A stretch of DNA of 64,000 bases, taken from IMG/VR virus record IMGVR_UViG_3300021091_000011; one strand, written 5' to 3'. Shown piece after piece: positions 29,110 to 36,799 of the stretch. The translations under genes were made by a program, and so were the position numbers. Under the pieces are notes generated by a model. The model was not told the origin of the DNA and did not search any database. It worked only from the letters and a program-made list of their open reading frames with translations. Position 1 is the first letter of the stretch. Each line of letters begins with the position of its first letter. This DNA is from a virus (lineage: Duplodnaviria; Caudoviricetes).

Positions 29110-29763
29110 ATGCCTAGCAACACCGTTAGACTGATTCTCGGCGATAGCCTAGTCAAACTCAAAGACCTAGCGCCAAACTCAGTAGACGCCGTAGTTTCAG
29201 ACCCACCCTATGAATTAACCGCTAACAAAAAAGGCGGCTCAGGGGTTGCCAGCATCAATCTTGAAAGTCCATACGGACGTTCACGGATCGGAACGGGCAA
29301 CGGCGGCGGCTTTATGGGTATGAAATGGGATTCGACCGGAATCGCCTTTTCACCCGAACTTTGGGGCGAATGCTTTAGGATTCTAAAACCTAACGGCGTT
29401 ATCAAAGCCTTTTCAGGCACGAGAACTTTTCACCGAATGACCCAAGCCCTGAAAAAATCAGGATTCGTAGACTTTGAAATTCACGCTTGGACTTACGGCT
29501 CAGGCTTCCCGAAGTCTATGGACGTGAGCAAGCAGATCGACAAGGCGGCGGGCGCGGAGCGGGAAGTGGTGGGGCGTGTGGCAGGCATGGGTAAGCAAAA
29601 CCCTGAATGGAACGGCACCGCACAAGGACGCGCTGAAAACTCGTTCAAGTCGGAATATGATGCAACCGCACCCGCCACCGATGCCGCTCGGCAATGGTCC
29701 GGGTGGGGCACCGCTCTAAAGCCCGCTTGGGAACCAATCATCGTCGCAAGAAAGCCAATATGA
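29110..29763 (+). CDS. Beta-class DNA MTase N-terminal (catalytic DPPY) polypeptide lacking motif I
   Basis: VVSDPPY, GFMGMKWD, YGSGFPKS and GWGTALKPAWEPIIVARKPI*. Confidence 0.85.
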   Translation: MPSNTVRLILGDSLVKLKDLAPNSVDAVVSDPPYELTANKKGGSGVASINLESPYGRSRIGTGNGGGFMGMKWDSTGIAFSPELWGECFRILKPNGVIKAFSGTRTFHRMTQALKKSGFVDFEIHAWTYGSGFPKSMDVSKQIDKAAGAEREVVGRVAGMGKQNPEWNGTAQGRAENSFKSEYDATAPATDAARQWSGWGTALKPAWEPIIVARKPI

Positions 29764-29846
29764 TCATCCACGTCTTGAGAAAGCCGTTGTCAGACACGGT
29801 CGCTCAAAACGCCTTGGCTCATGGAGCCGGAGCAAGGTGCCATTGA
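29760..29846 (+). pseudogene. Truncated MTase middle-segment gene
   Basis: MIIHVLRKPLSDTVAQNALAHGAGA matches 31280, then breaks at about 29834. Confidence 0.8.
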
Positions 29847-30339
29847 ATTCTAAAGCCGCCCCCATTTCAGGCAGGAAATAGTCTAGTACGGTCCCATAGC
29901 GACCATTTGGCCCCCGTAGATAATACTGATGTACGCAGGGCACACCTAGACGTTGAAGCACATCACCAACTTTCATTTCTAAGCCCGAGACGCGGGGTAT
30001 ACGGCCTTCCGCAATCGCCAAAGAAGTTGTCTGAGATAACTTGGCCTTGGTTTCTTCCGTGTGCTGATAGTTGCCCGCCGCCTTTCGGCGAACATTCATC
30101 TCACGTCGACGTTCGGCCTGCGCTTGTCGGGTAGCCTCTGGAATGATATAGGGCGTTTCTACTTTCCGACCTACCAAGCCCATCGAGCGAGCCTGATAGG
30201 AGCATTTGCGGGAGCATAAAAACGCCGTGGTCTTCGACCGAGCCACCACCGAAGGTGGTCTGGTTACAGGAGTGCCGCAAACTCCACAAGATTTTGCGAT
30301 TGAGAGGGTGTTGCTCTGCCCCACAGGGCGTGAGAGCAT
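29835..30339 (-). pseudogene. Truncated homing-endonuclease-like gene (Zn finger + NUMOD3-like + Vsr/DUF559-like)
   Basis: CGVCG..LCSRKC; HTEETKAKLS; SGLEMKV..Q..LDYFLPE..ALEFNG, then lost before the expected His motif. Confidence 0.7.
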
Positions 30340-30480
30340 TTACGAGAACAAGTCGTCTGCCGCCCATGTAATAAGCGGGTAGGGTCTGCTTGGTATAGGT
30401 CCCCGCAAACGGGGCAAAGTCGTTCAATCACGAGGTCACCACCTATGACAAATGAGGGAAACGGTCGTAGGGAGGGTCAG

Positions 30481-31283
30481 ATGATTCGCTTGGTTTTAGG
30501 GGACTGCATCGAGAAAATGCAGGATATCCCCCCAGGAACCATTGATGCGATCATCAGCGACCCTCCCTACGGCTGAATATATCAGGACTAGAATTCATGG
30601 GGAAAGAATGGGACGCACCTTGGAAGTCAAACGGATGGCAAGCCGGAGGCGGGTTCTCTAAACCTGGTATTGGCGAACGCCATACCGCATGGCCTAGTTT
30701 CACCGCGACTTCTAAGTTCGGTGCCACAAATCCAACTTGTGAGACTTGTGGGGGACGTGCGCGAGGTAAAAAACGCTGCGGTTGCGCTGAACCACAATGG
30801 AAAGCCATCGGCAAACGCCGCCACGTCGAAAATGAAGGCTTACCGTCTGACGTTACGAGTTCAGGGATGAGTAATCACCTTCGCCACTTTCAAGATTGGT
30901 GCGAACTTTGGTCAAGCCAATGCTTTAGAATCCTAAAACCTAACGGCGTTATCAAAGCCTTTTCGGGGACACGAACTTTTCACCGTATGACCCAAGCCCT
31001 GAAAAAATCAGGATTCGTAGACTTTGAAATTCACGCTTGGACTTACGGATCAGGCTTCCCGAAGTCTATGGACGTGAGCAAGCAGATCGACAAGCAAGCG
31101 GGCGCAGAACGAACGGAAGTCATAAAGCCGTTCAATGACGAAAACGGTTGGAACGCGAACGGAACCACGGGCGACCACGCCTATACCGCACCCGCCACCG
31201 ACGCCGCCCGTCAATGGTCCGGTTACGGCACCGCTCTAAAGCCCGCTTGGGAGCCGATCATCGTCGCAAGAAAGCCAATATGA
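30481..31283 (+). CDS. Second MTase N-terminal polypeptide, interrupted by a 14-nt insert after DPPY
   Basis: MIRLVLGDC...SDPPYG* followed, in a shifted frame, by GLEFMGKEWD...ARKPI*. Confidence 0.8.
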
Positions 31284-31738
31284 TCGTTCACGTCTTACGA
31301 AAGCCATTGTCAGGCACGGTCGCTCAAAACGCTTTGGCTCATGGAGCCGGAGCATTGAACATCGACGGATGCCGGATTGCTGTTTCTAGCGAAGAAAGAA
31401 AAACCTACGACGCCAATATGCGTGCGCTTGAACGGTACGCAGACGGCAGAGAAAAAATCGGGCAGTTTGAGGGTGGCTGGAAAGCAGACCCGTCCCGTGT
31501 CAAAAACGTGGGCGCTCGCTGGCCCGCTAATCTCGTCCATGATGGAAGCGAGCACGCCCTAGATAATTTTCCCGAGGCGGGAAATGGATGGAAGAAAAAT
31601 TACGGTGATGAAGTCTATGCCGTTGAAGGCCGTCATTATTCCGGAGGTTCTTTTGGCGGTGGTGGTTTTCTAGGGGGTAGCACTTATACGGACTCAGGCT
31701 CGGCATCTCGATTCTTTCAACAAGTGATAATCAAATGA
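31280..31738 (+). CDS. Free-standing MTase middle (variable/TRD-like) segment
   Basis: MIVHVLRKPLSGTVAQNAL, GALNIDGCR, RWPANLVHDGS, DSGSASRFF; ATGA overlap. Confidence 0.8.
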   Translation: MIVHVLRKPLSGTVAQNALAHGAGALNIDGCRIAVSSEERKTYDANMRALERYADGREKIGQFEGGWKADPSRVKNVGARWPANLVHDGSEHALDNFPEAGNGWKKNYGDEVYAVEGRHYSGGSFGGGGFLGGSTYTDSGSASRFFQQVIIK

Positions 31739-32163
31739 TCGTTCACGTCCTGAGAAAGCCATTGTCAGGCACCGTCGCTCAAAACGCCCTGCAACACGGC
31801 TGCGGGGCATTGAACATCGACGGATGCAGGGTTAGTTTGTCTTCCGATGAAAATCCAGACAAGTTGAGCGCGAGAAGCGGTGGGAACCGTGGTTTTGCTG
31901 AAGATTATGTAGGCGGGGTAACACGAAATTTACCTGCTGGTTGGGATTGCAGCAAGGGGCGTTGGCCCGCGAATCTCGTCCATGATGGAAGCGACGAAGT
32001 TGTAGAGACGTTTCCTGAGAGCAACCGCTGGTTCAACGCACCGAGAAATAGCGATGGAAAAGGCAAAGACGGCCAGATTTTTGATACTCACCGTGGCAGC
32101 GGGATGGGTGGCGGCGACTCCGGTTCGGCATCTCGATTCTTTCAGCAAGTAACCCTCAAATAG
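31735..32163 (+). CDS. Second free-standing MTase middle segment
   Basis: Same three constant blocks with different variable inserts. Confidence 0.8.
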   Translation: MIVHVLRKPLSGTVAQNALQHGCGALNIDGCRVSLSSDENPDKLSARSGGNRGFAEDYVGGVTRNLPAGWDCSKGRWPANLVHDGSDEVVETFPESNRWFNAPRNSDGKGKDGQIFDTHRGSGMGGGDSGSASRFFQQVTLK

Positions 32164-32480
32164 CAAACCCCCAAAAAGCCCCCCTTACTAATAACCCCCT
32201 CGCCCACAGACGAAACCTTACTAGACTAGATGCGATAGGCGTGCGTGGGTGGGGCTAGTGTTTAGGCATTAGCAAACCAATTCCAAGCCGTCCGTTTTTC
32301 AATGCGGTTTCAATATGGCTTTCGGGGTGGGTCCCGAGGCTTCGAAAGGTTTTACGCGCGGTTCTGGACACTCGTGTTTAGACCTCGACCAGACCGCGAA
32401 GTTGAAAAATCAGGTAGGGTTGCGATGAAACATTCGTTGCGGCGCTAGGGGATTTCAGCGGTCGTGGTATGATAGTGGTT

Positions 32481-32987
32481 ATGAAGAAGAATCCTTTGAT
32501 AGCCGCGAAGATTAAGTCTTTGGTGGGTGTGTTGAAGGGTGTGGGCGACAAGGCTACGCGCGTGGCTTGTCTGCTTGGCGTGTTGTTGGGGGAGACGAGC
32601 GCGGAGGGTTTAGTCTCTTTGCGTGGTGAGGCTTCCCTTCTTCGCATACGTCGGGTGTATGGGAAGGTCTATGGTGCGGAGTTGGCCGACCATTTGGGTC
32701 GGTTGCTTCCGGAGGGCGACGTCCCTTGTCTATTGGGGCGTGGCGGCAAGGCGTTATCCCGAGTGACGTTGTGGCGTCGCGTGGGGAAGATCGGCTTGGT
32801 GGGTCTGCGTCGTTTATCGTTGGCGTTTCGCAAGTTCTTTATGGAGCATTGCGAGACGCGGGAAGAGGCGCGGGATTGTGCGTCGGGGACGGGCTTTGTG
32901 TTGGGCACGCCGACGTCTTGGGTTCGTGTGTACGCTTGGTGGCCTGACGCACCGGATTGGTGTGGGCGGGTGAGGCGCTTTATATAA
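32481..32987 (+). CDS. Hypothetical basic protein (possible HTH)
   Basis: G+T-skewed ORF; TGGTATGAT extended -10-like sequence just upstream; LSRVTLWRRV. Confidence 0.4.
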   Translation: MKKNPLIAAKIKSLVGVLKGVGDKATRVACLLGVLLGETSAEGLVSLRGEASLLRIRRVYGKVYGAELADHLGRLLPEGDVPCLLGRGGKALSRVTLWRRVGKIGLVGLRRLSLAFRKFFMEHCETREEARDCASGTGFVLGTPTSWVRVYAWWPDAPDWCGRVRRFI

Positions 32988-33035
32988 GCGTGTTTGCGTC
33001 GTCGAAGCCGCTTGGAATGGGTGAGGGAGATTCAC
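32814..33035 (-). pseudogene. Truncated LPxPF paralogue (first about 11 aa only)
   Basis: GTGA-coupled MNLPHPFQAAS, then unrelated sequence running antisense into the 32481 ORF. Confidence 0.6.
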
Positions 33036-33310
33036 GGGGCTTTGCTTCCGTGGCCGTAACCCTGACCGTGACCGCTGCCGTAACTGCCACCGTAGCCGTA
33101 ACCGTGGCCGCTTCCGTCGCTGAAGCAGTCACCGTAGGCGCTTCTGTGCCAACGAGAACGCTGCGGCGGCGGCGGCGACAACTCAAAGGCCGTGGTCAGC
33201 GGGACTTGAGCGAGTGCCTTACCCTTGGCGTCAATCAGACTAATCGAGCCGTCGAGATTAGGCTTGACGTCAGACGCCGCTTGAAACGGTGGTGGGAGGC
33301 TTTTGATCAT
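33032..33310 (-). CDS. LPxPF-module protein with G/Y/H/S tail
   Basis: LPPPFQAASDVKPNLDGSISLIDAKGKALAQVPLTTAFEL + GYG repeats. Confidence 0.8.
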   Translation of the reverse strand: MIKSLPPPFQAASDVKPNLDGSISLIDAKGKALAQVPLTTAFELSPPPPQRSRWHRSAYGDCFSDGSGHGYGYGGSYGSGHGQGYGHGSKAP

Positions 33311-33705
33311 CTATATACGCCGTCGATTGAGGCTATTCCCCCATGGGTTTGGATCAGTTGTCTGAGGATTTCATGCGGCACATAGGCGTAGACGGTGTCC
33401 GTCGGGTCGTCTGAGTTTTCAGCGTAGGTTTGGATCAAGTCGTCAGGTTGATTGGGGAAGCCTAACTCATAATGAGTCCACGGCCCATGGTCCTTGCGGG
33501 GTCGGCAGTAGTGCGTTGCGCTGGCCCTTACGGAGACGGAGAACCCATCTTTGCAAGTGACCCGACCTTGATATAGGCCCAAATCTAAGGCCGTGTGCAG
33601 CGCAACTTGAGCGAGCGTCTTACCCTTGGCGTCGATCAGATCGAGTGAGCCCTGAGCGTTAGGCTTGATGCTCGTCGCGTCTTGAAACGGTGGGGGCAGT
33701 TTCAC
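33307..33705 (-). CDS. LPxPF-module protein fused to a folded phage domain
   Basis: Module + DGFSVSVRAS.THYCRPR..ELGFP..TVYAYVP..HGG. Confidence 0.85.
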   Translation of the reverse strand: MKLPPPFQDATSIKPNAQGSLDLIDAKGKTLAQVALHTALDLGLYQGRVTCKDGFSVSVRASATHYCRPRKDHGPWTHYELGFPNQPDDLIQTYAENSDDPTDTVYAYVPHEILRQLIQTHGGIASIDGVYR

Positions 33706-33932
33706 GGGCTTCTCCCACCGTCACCTTCGGACTGCTCATCACCGTAACCGCGTCCGTCACCGTAGCCACGTCCGTCACCGTAACCGTGGCCGTAGTCTTT
33801 TGTGCTCAACTCAAAGGCCGTGGTCAACGGGATTCGCGCCAACGGCTTGCCCTTGGCATCGGTCAGGCTGATCGTCCCGTCGGGATTAGGCTTGAGGTTA
33901 GTCGCGGACTGAAACGGATGTGGTAGGTTCAT
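33702..33932 (-). CDS. LPxPF-module protein with GYGDGR tail
   Basis: Module + (GYGDGR)n; 4-nt overlaps at both ends. Confidence 0.85.
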   Translation of the reverse strand: MNLPHPFQSATNLKPNPDGTISLTDAKGKPLARIPLTTAFELSTKDYGHGYGDGRGYGDGRGYGDEQSEGDGGRSP

Positions 33933-34282
33933 TTGGGAACCTTGCCTCCGGAGCCGTTGCCGATTCCAAATGGGTCGTATCCGGCACCTGAGTTGCCATC
34001 AGCGAAGCGGCATTTAGCACCTAAAGCGTCGCTGTAGCCGTAGTTCAGCGAAGCGAACAAAATGCCGCCGCCGAAAGGCATGATTTCAGATATGTTGGTC
34101 TTGTCGAGTAGCGAGTAGGCCGTGTTCAACGGCACGCGGGCAATCGGGAGGTCATTTTCGGTGGTCAGGTCGATTGTCCCATCGGCGTTTACGCGAATCC
34201 AGCGCACGTCTTGAAACGGACGTGGCAACGGCGACCGACTATGTGCAGGGTAGTGGACGTTGTCTGAGATGTAACCGTTCAT
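33929..34282 (-). CDS. Diverged LPxPF-module protein
   Basis: LPRPFQDVRWIRVNADGTIDLTTENDLPIARVPLNTAYSL. Confidence 0.8.
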   Translation of the reverse strand: MNGYISDNVHYPAHSRSPLPRPFQDVRWIRVNADGTIDLTTENDLPIARVPLNTAYSLLDKTNISEIMPFGGGILFASLNYGYSDALGAKCRFADGNSGAGYDPFGIGNGSGGKVPK

Positions 34283-34605
34283 GGGGACTTGCCTTTGCCG
34301 CTTATGTAGCCTTGGCCGTAAGCGACTCCGATTCCGAATCCTTCGCCGTAGCCGATTCCGAATCCATCACCCGAACCGTCTCCGTGATCTTTGCCGTAAG
34401 TGCCGTAACCGAAATCTCCATCGCCGCTGCCATCGTTGCTTGGCTTGAAGTCGCACTCATCCTTGTCACCGAGCGGCGACAACTCAAAAGCCGTGGGCAT
34501 CGAGATTCTTGCGAGCGGCTTCCCGCTCGCGTCGATTAGGTCGATTGAGCCGTCGAGATTAGGTTTGAGACCCGTCGCGGACTGAAACGGTGGGGGCAGT
34601 TTCAC
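34279..34605 (-). CDS. LPxPF-module protein with G/D/F/Y tail
   Basis: Module + GDG/GFG/GYG repeats. Confidence 0.85.
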   Translation of the reverse strand: MKLPPPFQSATGLKPNLDGSIDLIDASGKPLARISMPTAFELSPLGDKDECDFKPSNDGSGDGDFGYGTYGKDHGDGSGDGFGIGYGEGFGIGVAYGQGYISGKGKSP

Positions 34606-34961
34606 GGGCTTCTCCCATTAGCCCTATGGGAACGCTTGCCGTAACCGTCACCGTCACCGTGACCGTCACCGTAACAACCGATACCGCGACCGTGACCGTC
34701 ACCGCGACCGTTGCCGCGACCGTCACCGTAACAACCGTAGCCGTAACCGTCACCGTAGCCGAGGCCGTAACCGTCGCTGTAGCCGAGGCCGTAACCGTGA
34801 CCGTCACCGGAACCGTAGCCTGCGGCCTCGGGACTTAGATCAAAAGCCGTGGTCAACGGGATTCGCGCCAACGGCTTGCCCTTGGCATCGGTCAGGCTAA
34901 CCGTCCCGTCGGCATTGGGCTTGATGCTAGATGCGTCTTGGAACGGATGGGGCAGTTTCAC
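34602..34961 (-). CDS. LPxPF-module protein with GYGDG tail
   Basis: AGGAGA RBS before GTG 34961; module + GYG/GDG repeats. Confidence 0.85.
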   Translation of the reverse strand: MKLPHPFQDASSIKPNADGTVSLTDAKGKPLARIPLTTAFDLSPEAAGYGSGDGHGYGLGYSDGYGLGYGDGYGYGCYGDGRGNGRGDGHGRGIGCYGDGHGDGDGYGKRSHRANGRSP

Positions 34962-34978
34962 GGAGTTCAGTCTCCTGA

Positions 34979-35455
34979 TCAATCATCAATGTCTTCGGAG
35001 ATGTCGAATGCCTCGATGATCTCGTCAGGCAGGTCTCCGTGTGAGGTCACGGTATACTGTTGGTCCTCGCCGTGCCCAAAGATTCCGGCGAAAGCCATGC
35101 CAGGTTCATAGTAGAGCCCTCTGACGTCGAAACCGAGCTTGATTAGGTGTTGGTAGAACGCGATTGGGGGCGACCAGGCCGTGAAAAACTTAGCCGTAAT
35201 CTCTCCGTGGACGGAGGCAGTCACGGAACCCTCATCTATGTCCCATTTCGTGCCCCAATTGTCACAGCACCAATCATAACTGTCCCTAGCACCGTACTTA
35301 GCGAGGTTTTGCTCGGCAGACTGACCCTCCAATTCAGGGGGGCATGGCAGGAACTCGTGGAACAGTTCGTTGCGACTTAGGGCTTTCTCGGCGCGGGTTA
35401 GTTCGTCCACGGACTCGTGCTTCAGCGTCAGGTGGTTCATACACCAATTGGGCAT
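34979..35455 (-). CDS. DUF1281/YubB-like ferredoxin-fold protein
   Basis: MPNWC, DWCCDNWGTKWD, FFTAWSPP, YYEPG. Confidence 0.8.
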   Translation of the reverse strand: MPNWCMNHLTLKHESVDELTRAEKALSRNELFHEFLPCPPELEGQSAEQNLAKYGARDSYDWCCDNWGTKWDIDEGSVTASVHGEITAKFFTAWSPPIAFYQHLIKLGFDVRGLYYEPGMAFAGIFGHGEDQQYTVTSHGDLPDEIIEAFDISEDIDD

Positions 35456-35506
35456 GGTCTAACTCTTCTTTCTATGGGCTGATCTTGGTTGTCACAAACA
35501 CTCGGG

Positions 35507-35935
35507 CTATCTGTCGAGGCCAGGTTCGAGTGGGGCAAATTCACGTTCTCCCCCCACCGTCAACGTCACCGTAACCGACACCGGAACCACCGGAACCACC
35601 GTGACAGTCGCCGTAACCGTCGCCCTTCTCCCACCGTCACCGTTGGGCAGCCCGTCACCGTAACAACCGTAGCCGTAACCGTCACCGTAGCCGAGGCCGT
35701 AACCGTAGCCGTAGCTGTCGCTGTAACCGTCGCCGTCGCCGTCGCCGGAACCGTCGCCGCAACCGTAGTCGGAACCGTAGCCGTAACCGTAGCCTGCGGC
35801 CTCGGGACTTAGCTCAAAGGCCGTGGTCAACGGGATTCGCGCCAACGGCTTGCCCTTGGCATCGGTCAGGCTAACCGTCCCGTCGGCATCGGGCTTGAGG
35901 CCCGTCGCCGCTCGAAACGGATGAGGGAGGTTTAG
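35507..35935 (-). pseudogene. LPxPF paralogue with no canonical start and a frameshifted tail
   Basis: Begins CTA-AAC-CTC overlapping the upstream TAA. The GYGDG tail switches frame near 35625. Confidence 0.7.
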
Positions 35936-36264
35936 GCGTCCCACAAGCCGGACTCCCACGCCGCCGCCGCTTGAGGCGTGCAAGCCAGCAGCCCCGTTAT
36001 GTCCGTGTATTGCGCCATAGGCGCGGGAGGCGAAATCCTCGACCCCTGCAAAGGCCCCGTGTACGCAAGGCCGACGAACCCCCGCACTTCGGCGGGCCAA
36101 TAGACCACCACTCTGCAGTCCTTGAGCGTGATGGTCGACGGGTTCTTGGTCGTGGTCCCGTCCGGACTCACGACCTCAGTAGCGAGGTTGTACGAGACAA
36201 CCTCACCGAAGAAAACGCCGCGATGGGCGGTCGTGACGACGACCTTCTGACCGACAAAGTTCAT
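35932..36264 (-). CDS. DUF6948-like (Sm/SH3-like barrel) protein
   Basis: KVVVTTAHRGVFFG...TLKDCRVVVYW...GLAYTGP. Family recalled, not searched. Confidence 0.6.
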   Translation of the reverse strand: MNFVGQKVVVTTAHRGVFFGEVVSYNLATEVVSPDGTTTKNPSTITLKDCRVVVYWPAEVRGFVGLAYTGPLQGSRISPPAPMAQYTDITGLLACTPQAAAAWESGLWDA

Positions 36265-36285
36265 TTGCTACTCCTGCTACGAATT

Positions 36286-36516
36286 TCAAGTTCCTTCGAC
36301 GTAACCTTGCTTGGTCAGGTCATCGATCCAAGCGCCGAAAATCGCGCGAGTGACCGAACCGTAAAGCGGCTGACCATCCGACCAGCCTGCGGCCTCGACC
36401 GTGTGGTTCTCACCTGCGACGGGCATCACCACGCCTCGCCATGACTTTCGATACTCGCAAGTCACGAGAACGGCCAAGACCTTCCCATGAAGTGCGATAT
36501 GTGCGACGTGCTTCAT
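36286..36516 (-). CDS. Hypothetical cassette protein
   Basis: AAGGAG RBS downstream of motif copy 5. Confidence 0.65.
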   Translation of the reverse strand: MKHVAHIALHGKVLAVLVTCEYRKSWRGVVMPVAGENHTVEAAGWSDGQPLYGSVTRAIFGAWIDDLTKQGYVEGT

Positions 36517-36541
36517 TAGTTTGACTCCTTAATTTCACCGC

Positions 36542-36587
36542 TCACACTATTCAAACGGTCGGGCATCGCAGCGAAAACCGAAAATCG
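36542..36587 (-). promoter_or_regulatory. Bipartite motif, copy 5 (GAATAGTG variant)
   Basis: GATTTTCGGTTTT-N15-CCGTTTGAATAGTGTGA. Confidence 0.75.
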
Positions 36588-36779
36588 TCAACAGCACTCC
36601 AAACATTCGTCGTTTTCGTGCTCGGTGCGTCGTCCGCATTCATAGCAGTAGGCGTAGTAGTAGCCCTCGTCGTTCGCACCACGGTCGCTTTCTTCGATGG
36701 GGACCGTCTCCCAAGCGTAGACGCGCTCATTTGACTTGGTGCCAGCGTAGGGATCACAAGGCTTAGTGCGTGTGGACAT
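36588..36779 (-). CDS. Small zinc-finger protein
   Basis: CYECG...CLECC; TGA abuts motif copy 5. Confidence 0.6.
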   Translation of the reverse strand: MSTRTKPCDPYAGTKSNERVYAWETVPIEESDRGANDEGYYYAYCYECGRRTEHENDECLECC

Positions 36780-36799
36780 CTTTGATTTCCTCTGTGTGT

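Larger units (their letters stand above)
27418..29165. repeat. About 209-bp direct repeats (27418-27626 and 28956-29165) flanking one gene
   Basis: Only about three differences. Each copy holds a gene 3' end, a terminator and an MTase 5' end. Confidence 0.95.

Noticed and set aside
27418-29165. Composite transposon or IS element
   Set aside because: No transposase motifs or terminal inverted repeats; the repeats are duplicated resident sequence.
29834-29846. 8-nt insertion AGGTGCCA as a second bypass element
   Set aside because: These bases belong to the antisense endonuclease ORF (EFNGT), so this is a recombination junction.
30574-30576. TGA recoding (alternative genetic code) to explain DPPYG*
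   Set aside because: The downstream part is also out of frame, and TGA is used as a normal stop throughout, including many NTGA overlaps.
34559-35812. Thr/Val-rich ORFs (34559-34807, 34590-34838, 35489-35812)
   Set aside because: Alternative-frame or antisense shadows of the GGY-TAC/GAC repeats.
32814-35935. Diversity-generating retroelement behind the variable tails
   Set aside because: No reverse transcriptase in the window and no TR/VR pair differing only at adenines; variation is by length and block swaps.
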